Program-made: the position numbers and the translations under genes
Source of the DNA: a virus
Taxonomy: Duplodnaviria; Caudoviricetes
Strand: one strand, 5' to 3'
IMG/VR virus record: IMGVR_UViG_3300031953_000084
Span: 1 to 28,110 of that record
Length of the DNA: 28,110 nt
Notes under the pieces: generated by a model
Seen by the model: the letters and a program-made list of their open reading frames with translations, nothing else
Told to the model about the DNA's origin: nothing
The model's database searches: none
Shown: positions 7,272-15,915 of the stretch, piece by piece
Layout of the letters: each line of letters starts with the position of its first letter
How positions within the stretch are numbered: the stretch's first letter is position 1

Positions 7272-8954
7272 TCAGGCGCGCCAGCGCGCATCAGGCGTTT
7301 GCGTGATCAGCGTGCGCTTGCCGTTGGCATAGGCAACAACGTGTGATCGCTGCCAGCTCGACGGGCTGTTATTATAGCCCTGATCAAGATCGCCCGACAT
7401 CCCGGCGATATAAACCCCGTCCAGAATTTGCGGCGAGTGCTTGTCAGCAATCGTGAGGCGCGTGCCCATCTTGGAAAGCCCAACCGCAGTGCCGCGCGAG
7501 CCGTTGGGGCCCTGATGCCCGTGCATCCCGCACTCAATGCCGCCGCTATCTTGGCAGATCACAAATGAGCCGCCCATTGGCACAAAATCAATGCCCTCAA
7601 GCTCGCGAGCATCCTCATTCTTGAGGGCCCAACGGCAAAGGTTGAACCCCTCAGAGCCCTCGCGGATCGACCGCAACAGGGCAAGATTGCACTCATGCCA
7701 ATATTCTGCGTTTGGCGTATCCATCCGGTCAGCATCACGCCGCGCCCACTGCATGAGCCGATCATCATGATTGCTTTCAATCATCACCGTGCGGCAGGTT
7801 TCGCGCTCAAGCGCGCGCAGGAACTTTGCACCCTCACGCACTTGCCAGCGGATCCCGGAATGACCGGCGGCATTCATCCGGGCGCGATGGATCGGATCAC
7901 CATCAACATGCCGGGACGCCATTTCAAATGACATCAGATCGTGAATAAATTGGTACTCAGGCCGCAAGGCATCCATCAGGCTCGCCTCATGTCGCCCCCA
8001 TAACGCTTCAAAGACATCAGGCCCGAGGCTTGGGATGTGAATGTCGCCAAAGGTGATCGCCTTGACGCGGTTGCCCGAGCTGATCCGCCCGGCGCGCACG
8101 ATGGTATCAAGGTCTTGAAATGCGCCATCAGCGGTTGCCGAAATCTGCCGACACCATGCGCCGCCCGTATCATCTGCCTCAACAAGCGTGGCACCCAAGA
8201 CGTGATGAAACTCAGCCTTGAGCCCGGCCTTTTTCTTCACATAGTTTGGCACCGTGCAAGCGCCCGTTGTCATGACCGATGGCACGAACTTGCCGGGCAT
8301 CGCAGGCACGCTTTCAAACGCAAGCTTGGCGTGAGGAAAGACCGCCGTGCGGCCCTGAGCATAGGTTGTCAGACCGCTCAGCGGGCGCACCGCCGTTGGC
8401 AGGGTATTCATTTCAGCGCAGAACACCACCGGCCCGCAATCCATCGGCTCAAAGCGCAGATGCGGCAGCACCTCGCGCGCAAACTGCGCGGTGCGGGTTT
8501 GATGGTCGGTATAGAGCGCGTGATTGTAAGTGAAGCCGCCAACAACAACCTCAGCGCCAACGTGCCGGGCATAGGCTTGCAGGTTTGACCAAAACCGCAA
8601 ATGCACATCGGTATCATCTTGGGCGGCGGTTAAAATCCAGCGCCGCACCTCGCCGCGCCGGATCGCGGCGGCGGGCGCGCCGGGCCGGGCGAAAAGGCCC
8701 CAATCGGGCATGAAATGATCATCGCCGCGCGCCTCAGCGGCGGCTTGCGTCTTGAGAAAGGCGCGCACCATGCGCTCAGTTGTTTCATAGCCGGTGAGAG
8801 ACACCCGGCGCGCCGCCTCAGGCACGCAAGAGCCCTTGCCGCCACGGGGATCACGGAACGGATCAAAGCCATCCCTCAGCGCCGCCTCAAGGGCATCCTT
8901 GAGGCGCTGCGCGCGGGCCGGGTCCTGCGCCCCGGTCTTGCGTCTATTTTTCAT
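7272..8954 (-). CDS. T5 A1-like protein, calcineurin-like metallophosphoesterase
   Basis: ILTAAQ, FTYN, LPTAVRPLSG, TTGACT.PNY.KKKAG.KAEFHH blocks recalled from the A1 family; metal motifs GDIH, HD, SNHD, MHGH, DKH. Confidence 0.8.
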   Translation of the reverse strand: MKNRRKTGAQDPARAQRLKDALEAALRDGFDPFRDPRGGKGSCVPEAARRVSLTGYETTERMVRAFLKTQAAAEARGDDHFMPDWGLFARPGAPAAAIRRGEVRRWILTAAQDDTDVHLRFWSNLQAYARHVGAEVVVGGFTYNHALYTDHQTRTAQFAREVLPHLRFEPMDCGPVVFCAEMNTLPTAVRPLSGLTTYAQGRTAVFPHAKLAFESVPAMPGKFVPSVMTTGACTVPNYVKKKAGLKAEFHHVLGATLVEADDTGGAWCRQISATADGAFQDLDTIVRAGRISSGNRVKAITFGDIHIPSLGPDVFEALWGRHEASLMDALRPEYQFIHDLMSFEMASRHVDGDPIHRARMNAAGHSGIRWQVREGAKFLRALERETCRTVMIESNHDDRLMQWARRDADRMDTPNAEYWHECNLALLRSIREGSEGFNLCRWALKNEDARELEGIDFVPMGGSFVICQDSGGIECGMHGHQGPNGSRGTAVGLSKMGTRLTIADKHSPQILDGVYIAGMSGDLDQGYNNSPSSWQRSHVVAYANGKRTLITQTPDARWRA

Positions 8955-9214
8955 TTTGGGGCTTGCCTTTTCTGATCTTTCAAGCGCCGGATTTGGTCAT
9001 AAAATTGCGAGGCATCCGTTAGGGCCTCGACAATGACCGCAGAGCGCGGGGCAGCATCTATTTCAACCGCAAGGGATCGCTTGAAATCTGCCGTATATGA
9101 GGGCGGCGCAGGCACCGCCGTTGCGTCAAAGACAGCCCGGCCCGGCTCGCCGCAGGCACTCAACAAACTCAGAGCTGCTAGGGCGAGGCCCCGGCGCGGA
9201 TCGCAAAATTGCAT
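8951..9214 (-). CDS. Outer-membrane spanin (Rz1-like lipoprotein)
   Basis: Signal peptide with lipobox LSAC; overlaps 3' end of i-spanin. Confidence 0.8.
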   Translation of the reverse strand: MQFCDPRRGLALAALSLLSACGEPGRAVFDATAVPAPPSYTADFKRSLAVEIDAAPRSAVIVEALTDASQFYDQIRRLKDQKRQAPK

Positions 9215-9404
9215 CTCTCACCTCTTGCGCTTGCTGCGCGTCTAGCTCGCGGCGCACCTCAGCCGCCGCATCGGCGCGCTCGCGCGCCACAAAGGCCAGC
9301 GCGGCACCGCCAAGGGCGAGAACCAACACCACCAACAAAAACGCCCGCCGGATTACAGGGCGGGCGCTCAGGGCGCGCAGGGCGATGAACGCAGCGCCAA
9401 TCAT
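9126..9404 (-). CDS. Inner-membrane spanin (Rz-like)
   Basis: N-terminal TM segment, helical periplasmic part, two C-terminal Cys; ATGA-coupled to endolysin. Confidence 0.75.
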   Translation of the reverse strand: MIGAAFIALRALSARPVIRRAFLLVVLVLALGGAALAFVARERADAAAEVRRELDAQQAQEVRDAILRSAPGPRPSSSEFVECLRRAGPGCL

Positions 9405-10138
9405 TGCCGCGCCGGGCGACTCATGCCGGCCGATTTCAGCGAGTCCACACAAAGCCGATGCTCAGCCTTGCGGCGGTTGCTCAATCCGGCCACCACGCGC
9501 CCGCCCGCCCTATTCCAGCGCAACAGCTCATCGCAGGCCCCAAAGAGATCGCCCGCGTTTGCCCGGCGAACCAAAGTTGAACCGCAGGCCGCGCCGGTGC
9601 CGACATTATAGGACCAACTCAAAAACGCCGTTGCGGCACCCTCAGGCAAATCAGCCTTAAGGCACTTGCCGAGCCCGGCAGCATAGGCGTGCAGCTCGCG
9701 CTCAAGCATCTGATCACATTCCGCTTTGGTGTAGCTATCACCGCGCTCAATGCCCTTGGTTTCGCCATAGCAAACCGTCCAAACGCCGACGACATCCTGA
9801 TAAGCCTTTGTGCGTAAACCTTCCCACTGCCCTACAAGGGCAATCGACGCCGCGAGGGCACCCGCCGCAGCGATCCCGATGGTGCGCTGCCTGAGAAAAA
9901 GCGCGCCACTTTCATCCTTGATAAAATCGCCAATATTCTGTTGCAGGATGCGAGCGAGAGGCCCGACAACCGCCACCAAAATCACAAGCGAATTATAGGC
10001 CATAGGCGGAAGCCCCAAAGCGTCATGCCCGAATTTCGAAAGCAACACCTCAGCTCCGGTGATCAAAGCGATCAGAGCAAACAACCACACCGACCAAGAG
10101 CCGGTGAGCAACACACGCCAGTTTTCTACAAATTTCAT
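9401..10138 (-). CDS. Endolysin (GH24 lysozyme) with N-terminal two-TM holin-like domain and SAR-like segment
   Basis: Catalytic E-x8-D-x5-T (WEGLRTKAYQDVVGVWT), YNVG, GLSNRR.AE; ATG at 10138 with GAGGA SD. Confidence 0.9.
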   Translation of the reverse strand: MKFVENWRVLLTGSWSVWLFALIALITGAEVLLSKFGHDALGLPPMAYNSLVILVAVVGPLARILQQNIGDFIKDESGALFLRQRTIGIAAAGALAASIALVGQWEGLRTKAYQDVVGVWTVCYGETKGIERGDSYTKAECDQMLERELHAYAAGLGKCLKADLPEGAATAFLSWSYNVGTGAACGSTLVRRANAGDLFGACDELLRWNRAGGRVVAGLSNRRKAEHRLCVDSLKSAGMSRPARQ

Positions 10139-10151
10139 GTTTGATTTCCTC

Positions 10152-10181
10152 AAAAGAAAAGGGCCCGCACAAAGGCGAGCC
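10152..10181 (-). terminator. Intrinsic terminator just upstream of the lysis cassette
   Basis: Minus strand GGCTCGC-CTTTGT-GCGGGCC followed by CTTTTCTTTT. Confidence 0.55.
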
Positions 10182-10491
10182 GATCTATGCGCGAGCCGTT
10201 ACCGCTCCACCACGCCCGGCGAGAGGCGCGCTGGAGCGGCTTTAGCTATGGGTTTTGTAGTGGTATTGGCCAGCCAGACGATCACGACCCGCGCCCGGCA
10301 CGCTTCGCAGTAATAGGCACCATGGCGGCAACCTATTAGTCCCTCAGAAACAGGCAGACACACACCACCTCATGCAGCGGTTTGCGATCTCCGGACATAA
10401 GACGTCCTTGTGTTTGAGGTGCGGTCAATGCGTGACTGGGTTGGGTTAGCCGCGCGGGGTGGCGTGCGCCAGCCTTGCCCCGTCGCGCTTG

Positions 10492-12747
10492 TCAGGCCGA
10501 TCCATCCGCAAACGTACTGACCTGCGCCCAATAGCTTATGGTCAGCGCAAGATCGGCGGTGCCGCTGGTCAGGTCGCTCACCTTCAAGTCAACGAGGATC
10601 GCGCTCGGGGTGTTCTTGCGGAATTTCAGAATAGGACTGAAGATATTAGTTCGGACAGTGAGATACGAGCCAAACGCGATATTTTCCGCCTCAACTCCCG
10701 AGAACACAATGGACGGCCCTCCATTCCGGTGTAGGAATGGCAATCCGCGCAAGTAAATAGCATTGCCCGGCGTCATCCCCGTTGTGTCAATATTAACAAT
10801 CCGGCATGTCGCTGTAACGAGGCCCCCAATACCTAATGGTCGCATGGTGCCAGCGTCGTAGATCATCTCGCGGCGGGCATTATAAAGCGCCGACGTGCTG
10901 GTTGCGGTGGCGACGTTTCCGGCGGTTACAGCGTCTGCCAGTACCGGGGACCATGATCCGTCAACCGTATAGCCGGGGCACTCGTGGATCGCGGACAGCG
11001 CCTCTGCCGCCATGCCCTCGCCCATAACAACGAGGCCGCGCCCAGTGTAGTGTGCGCCTGAGCCGACCGGCAGCTTGTCCGCAGGGACGTAACGCAGCGT
11101 CGGCCATGTATTGCGGCTGTCGAGCATAACCTCGCGGTGATACTGCCGGAATGGCTTGTTGGACGGCGTGTCGAGCAAGGCCCCGGCAACGATGGTCGTT
11201 TCCTCCCCCTCAATCAGCCCCGCCGCCGAGAGGTCGCCCAGAACGCCGGTTACGAACTTGTTGCGATATACGGCGGCAGTATCCGCAGTATTTGCCTCGC
11301 CCTGCATCCAGAGCATTGCATCCGCTACGGCTGGCGAGCCAGGAATTGCCGCCAGCGCATTGGCAATGCCGGGATACATATAGGTTGTCAGATCGGTGAA
11401 TGTTCCGCCGAGCGTCCAACTGTTTGCCGTGAGGGTCGCAGGTTTGATGAATGCCTCAATAGGATGCGCGCCTTTGGCGTAGAGGATCAGATAAACCGGA
11501 CGCCCGGTCATTTCATTTGCCCGGCGGGCAGCGGCATAGGCCATGTTATTGGCGTATTCTCCGACTCCCGCGTTGTATGTGTCGAGTGGATATTCTCCCA
11601 CAACCGGCTGCGTATAGGCCGAGCCTACTGCGGTTTCGTTGCCGTTCCAAACGAAGATGGGCAGGGGTGTGCTCATATCGCCGCCCGTGCTGGACTCGTT
11701 GCTGCGCATATTGGACTGGCCGAGGGCGAGCATCACAAAGGGACGCCGTTGCGCCACCTGCGCCGCCGCCGCTTCGGCATCCAGCGCCGCCTGCGCAGCC
11801 CCCGCTTCGGCATCCAGCGCCGCCTGCGCCGCCGCTTCGGCATACAGCACCGCCTGCGACAGCGCCACGGCGTCAAGCGCGCCCTCAATCGACGCGGCCT
11901 CGGTCACGTCAAGGATTTGCATCTGCGCGATTGCGTCTGACTTGTCCTCGCCGTACGACCGGACATACTGTCGGACGTAAACGGTGTCAGCCAGCATCGC
12001 ATCAACATTCCCCAGCGGCGGCGTACCCACCGAGAAGGTATAGGCTGCCCGGATGATGCCGGTGGTCACAGATGGCGTGCGGTCGCTAAGAACGGTGTTG
12101 CCAATGGCGGAGTAATCCTCCCCCAACCGCGCGAGACCAAAGCGCATCCCTGCGCCGGAAATATCCGCAGTGTTCACGACGCGACGCGCGACGAAGTAGG
12201 CGAGATAGACGCGGCCCGGGTGGACTGGGAACGCCTCGCGCCGCGAGATGGTCCGGTCGGCTGCGGTGATGATCGCGCACTCGCCCAGCCCCGCGACGCT
12301 GCCCGAGGTGATCGCGGGATCTCCATCAAGCCCCGTCAGTGCGCCCGGGGCACCAGCGGTCGCCGTCACCCACGCGGCCATTGCACGGCCTGGTCGGTTG
12401 CCATCTGATGCAGCCCCAGCGCCCCCCGGCTGGACCGCCGTGTCGGCCTTGGCCCCCTGCGCTGTGGTGGCAAAAGTGGCGTCCAAAGCATCCAGAGCGG
12501 CCAGCACCGCATCCGTCATAGGTAGTTTTGCCAGATCAGCCAACGCCAACGCCCCTGCGGCTGCGCTGTCCTTGATTGCTATCTTATCTGCCCGCACTGG
12601 CGCGCCCTTGACTGGTGCGGTGCCTATTGCGGCCGTGACACGGGGCAGGGTCACGGCGGCCTCAATAGCCGAATTTATAGCAGCTTCAAGCTGGCCCTTA
12701 GTGGCGACCTTTAGGTTGGTGCCGGATGTTGGAAGTGTAAAAGCCAT
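10492..12747 (-). CDS. Tail fibre/spike with SGNH (sialate O-acetylesterase/CE6-like) domain
   Basis: Position after tail-tip gene; LGQSNM, AKGA, WMQGEAN and GAHY motifs. Confidence 0.85.
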   Translation of the reverse strand: MAFTLPTSGTNLKVATKGQLEAAINSAIEAAVTLPRVTAAIGTAPVKGAPVRADKIAIKDSAAAGALALADLAKLPMTDAVLAALDALDATFATTAQGAKADTAVQPGGAGAASDGNRPGRAMAAWVTATAGAPGALTGLDGDPAITSGSVAGLGECAIITAADRTISRREAFPVHPGRVYLAYFVARRVVNTADISGAGMRFGLARLGEDYSAIGNTVLSDRTPSVTTGIIRAAYTFSVGTPPLGNVDAMLADTVYVRQYVRSYGEDKSDAIAQMQILDVTEAASIEGALDAVALSQAVLYAEAAAQAALDAEAGAAQAALDAEAAAAQVAQRRPFVMLALGQSNMRSNESSTGGDMSTPLPIFVWNGNETAVGSAYTQPVVGEYPLDTYNAGVGEYANNMAYAAARRANEMTGRPVYLILYAKGAHPIEAFIKPATLTANSWTLGGTFTDLTTYMYPGIANALAAIPGSPAVADAMLWMQGEANTADTAAVYRNKFVTGVLGDLSAAGLIEGEETTIVAGALLDTPSNKPFRQYHREVMLDSRNTWPTLRYVPADKLPVGSGAHYTGRGLVVMGEGMAAEALSAIHECPGYTVDGSWSPVLADAVTAGNVATATSTSALYNARREMIYDAGTMRPLGIGGLVTATCRIVNIDTTGMTPGNAIYLRGLPFLHRNGGPSIVFSGVEAENIAFGSYLTVRTNIFSPILKFRKNTPSAILVDLKVSDLTSGTADLALTISYWAQVSTFADGSA
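11769..11858. repeat. Three tandem 30-33-bp coding repeats (AQAALDAEA-like)
   Basis: Unit CCGCTTCGGCATCCAGCGCCGCCTGCGC at 11769, 11802 and a degenerate copy at 11832. Confidence 0.85.
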
Positions 12748-12755
12748 GATTTTTC

Positions 12756-14954
12756 CTATGAGTCAGTTATTGCGGAAACGCTCGATGTAAAATCAGAGGC
12801 GCTTGCATATTCACCGCGCGAGCGGGCGAAATAAAAGCGAGTAACAGATGCGCTAAGGCCGCTTTCTGTAACGCTCACAATTGTGTTTTGACTTGTATAG
12901 ATGGCGGTGCCGATCAAGCTTGCGGCACCGCTATCATCGGCATCGCTGCCAAATATTTCTATTGCGCGGAAATCGGCATCATTTGGGGTGCGGAAACTCG
13001 CGGTAATTGTCCCTGCGCCACCCGCCGCCGCGCCATCAACTGGAACGTCAATTGCGATGTCAACAACGGGCCGCACATCCTCAATCTCAACCCAATCAGA
13101 CGCGCCGTTAATACCAACGGCGCGAACCCGGATACCGTAATAGGAGCTGGGCGATCCGGTGAGGTGGCCAAACACCCTGCCAGACCCATCACGCACATCT
13201 TGACCGATCACACCGCCCGTCTCATACCACCCAAACACCGCGCCCGGACCTTCGCTGTCCCTGTACTCCCATTCATAACCCGTGACACTTGAGGCCGACG
13301 GATCAAACGAGAAACGAATACGGGGAACGATTGCGCCGCCCGTGTTTAGATTGACCGCATCGCCAGTTGTGACGCTGATAAAGCCGGGAACTTTTGTGCC
13401 GGATCGTGAGGCGTCATAATCCTCATTAAACACATCCTCCTCATCCGTGGCCGGTGCCCAATCATAAATCGCGGCATCGTGCTTGACCAAAGACGCGGGC
13501 AACCGCATCGCCACCTCGCCACTTTCGCCCATCGGGTCCAAGCCGGGATTGATCGCCTCAATTTCATAAACCCCATCAAGCGCATCATAGGGCGCAGGCA
13601 GAGCCATATTGACAGTCGCGCCGCCCACTAGATCAAAAGCCTCAGGCGGCAGCGTGCCGCCCTCTATGCGCTCTTGGCGGCGCAGGCGCAGGCCGGTGAT
13701 CTTGCGCACCCGCATGGCTTGCGTTGCAGAAGGGCAAAACGGCAAATCCATTGTTTTAATGGCAGGCACCCCGCCATCCGCCTCAAGGGCACCGGGGATC
13801 GCCCATGGTAGCAATTCCGCCGTCTCAAAGCCGCGCGCAGACGCAAGGTAAGTCACCCGCAGTTGATTGATCAGCTCAGCCCCGGCGATCATATCGGGGA
13901 ACTCAAACCCATCACCCAAGAGATAAGTCACCGTCGCCCACGGGGCACGGTAAACCCCCGCCGCATATCCCAACTTGCCACCAACGCGGATGAAATCAGC
14001 CGCGCCGGAAATCATCATTGGGTTGAGCTGATCCTCAATCTCACCCTCAGACCAAACCACAGTGCCGCCGCAAATATAGCGCGCCTCAGTGCCACCCGAT
14101 TTGAGCGGCACCACCACATCACAAGCATCAGGCCCATCTTGATAAAATGAGGCGTGAATTTGATCGGGCCGATAAGGCCGGAACGGGTTTTGCGTCAAGG
14201 CATCCATCGCACAAAGCGCATGGTTTTCAGACCATTCCCAAGTGCCAGGATCATTCTGATCATGCGCCGGGTTGCGGGGATCAAAGATTAATGACCACCG
14301 CCCCTCAACCTCAACAAGCGGCGGCGCTGAGGGCCATCGCTCTTGCCGTTTTCCACTATCGCCCGCCTTGAGCTGAATCCAAATGATTGTATTGCCACGC
14401 CACGCATCGGATGCCTGCCAAAGATGCTCAGCAGTGCCCTCGACATAGGCCGCATCCGTGATGAAATGGCTGGGCGGGGCCGTATGATCGCCACGCGACA
14501 TCCAAACCGTAACATGGCCCTCAAATGGCGAAACCGTCGCCGTTGCGCCCGGCCCGTCAAGGTCAAACGGATCGCCCGTCAATTCAACCGCGCGCTTATC
14601 CAAAAACAGCGCAAAGCCAGACATATCAGAGGGCCTTGAGTTGAGTATCCAAGCGCCAAAAATACTTTCGCCCTTGACCGGCGTGCCCGCAGGCGTGCCC
14701 GTGGCGCGGCACTCACCATAAACAAAGCGGAACGAGGGGGCCGTTGTCGGTTGCGCCAAATCGCTCGCGACATCCTGCGCCGTTGGCTTTTTTCCAAAGA
14801 CCGCTGCAAGCGCGGTGCTGATCAGGATTGACGCACCCATTTGGATGATCCCCGAAGCGATGGCGGCGGCTTGCGCGGCAGTGAAGCCGATAGCCAACGC
14901 CGCCGAGGTGATCGCCGCAGTGATGCCCGCAATGATCGGTGCTAAAAATGGCAT
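12756..14954 (-). CDS. Tail tip / host-specificity protein (gpJ-like) with Fn3-like C-terminus
   Basis: Hydrophobic N-terminus, RFVYGECR, DPR...WEWSEN.ALC, QAMR; Y.IRVRAV...SDW. Confidence 0.8.
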   Translation of the reverse strand: MPFLAPIIAGITAAITSAALAIGFTAAQAAAIASGIIQMGASILISTALAAVFGKKPTAQDVASDLAQPTTAPSFRFVYGECRATGTPAGTPVKGESIFGAWILNSRPSDMSGFALFLDKRAVELTGDPFDLDGPGATATVSPFEGHVTVWMSRGDHTAPPSHFITDAAYVEGTAEHLWQASDAWRGNTIIWIQLKAGDSGKRQERWPSAPPLVEVEGRWSLIFDPRNPAHDQNDPGTWEWSENHALCAMDALTQNPFRPYRPDQIHASFYQDGPDACDVVVPLKSGGTEARYICGGTVVWSEGEIEDQLNPMMISGAADFIRVGGKLGYAAGVYRAPWATVTYLLGDGFEFPDMIAGAELINQLRVTYLASARGFETAELLPWAIPGALEADGGVPAIKTMDLPFCPSATQAMRVRKITGLRLRRQERIEGGTLPPEAFDLVGGATVNMALPAPYDALDGVYEIEAINPGLDPMGESGEVAMRLPASLVKHDAAIYDWAPATDEEDVFNEDYDASRSGTKVPGFISVTTGDAVNLNTGGAIVPRIRFSFDPSASSVTGYEWEYRDSEGPGAVFGWYETGGVIGQDVRDGSGRVFGHLTGSPSSYYGIRVRAVGINGASDWVEIEDVRPVVDIAIDVPVDGAAAGGAGTITASFRTPNDADFRAIEIFGSDADDSGAASLIGTAIYTSQNTIVSVTESGLSASVTRFYFARSRGEYASASDFTSSVSAITDS

Positions 14955-15346
14955 CTCCACGCCCCTCTAATAAGTGTTTTTACAACCACAAGCCCGGCCT
15001 CAGATTTGGCAGCAAACTCGCCCGGGCGGATGCAGACCGCCAAGGCCGCGCCAAGGGCGTCAGCACTTTCAATCAAGACCAGATCACCGGCGCGCGGGGC
15101 GGGCGTTTCCGGCAGATCAAAGGTTTCACGGCACCACGCGAGATAACCGCCCGCGCGCCTCAGGATGCGCGCCGCGCCAAGCGCCGTGCTGTAGTGATCA
15201 GCGCACCGCGCCAATGGGTCTATGCCATGGATCGCCGCAAAGGCCGTGCAAGCCGCGGTGCAGTCGGATCGCAAGCCCCACTTAAACGGCGCGCGCATAT
15301 GCTCAAAAGCCGCCGCAAAGGCGGCGCGCTCATCTACTCCGGCCAC
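14942..15346 (-). CDS. Tail assembly protein, NlpC/P60-like
   Basis: PFKWG..DC and GDLVL motifs; gpK-like position. Confidence 0.75.
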   Translation of the reverse strand: MAGVDERAAFAAAFEHMRAPFKWGLRSDCTAACTAFAAIHGIDPLARCADHYSTALGAARILRRAGGYLAWCRETFDLPETPAPRAGDLVLIESADALGAALAVCIRPGEFAAKSEAGLVVVKTLIRGAWRCHF

Positions 15347-15915
15347 TGTTGCGGATTGTACCGCAGCTTATTGGCGTTTTGCACATGACGCCCCGCCGTA
15401 TCCCCCGGAAAAGATGCGCTCTGCGCCTCAAAACTATGCGTGATTGATGCCGATGCGCGGGCAGACGGGCCCACGCCAAGCCCTAACACCATATCATGCG
15501 CGAGCTCGCCACCCGAGCGCGAAAGCGAACCCTTTCGGCTATCGAAATAGCCAGTGAAAAGCTCCACCGGATCAGATTTCAGGACATTTCCACCCGGCTC
15601 AGTCGTTGTGGCAAAATAGACGGTCATTGCCCTGTTTCGGATCACCTTGCCGCGCTCAGCCAACATATCGGAAATCGTTGCCGCGACGCGCACCGATGCC
15701 TCAGAGGTGGCCAAGCCACCGCTTTCCTGAGGGGCCTGAAACTGCACCAACTTGCCCGCACCCAACCACACGGCACCGCCCCAAGAGAGATCGCCGCTGC
15801 CGGTATGAATGCGGATCACCTCACCGGGCCAATCGGCATAGGTCAATAAGACCGGATAGAAATGCCCACCAAGATCGGCAATAAGGCCCGCCGATACGCC
15901 GCGCGTTAATCCCAC
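15334..15915 (-). CDS. Minor tail / tail hub protein
   Basis: TGSGDLSWGG..W.GAG, LFTGYFD, Q...FPGD motifs; position; probable GTG start at 15915. Confidence 0.7.
   Translation of the reverse strand: MGLTRGVSAGLIADLGGHFYPVLLTYADWPGEVIRIHTGSGDLSWGGAVWLGAGKLVQFQAPQESGGLATSEASVRVAATISDMLAERGKVIRNRAMTVYFATTTEPGGNVLKSDPVELFTGYFDSRKGSLSRSGGELAHDMVLGLGVGPSARASASITHSFEAQSASFPGDTAGRHVQNANKLRYNPQQWPE

Noticed and set aside
10492-12747. Impression of different oligonucleotide usage in the tail spike, or a DGR/invertase variation system
   Set aside because: Spot counts by eye were inconclusive and need k-mer computation; no reverse transcriptase, template repeat or invertase seen
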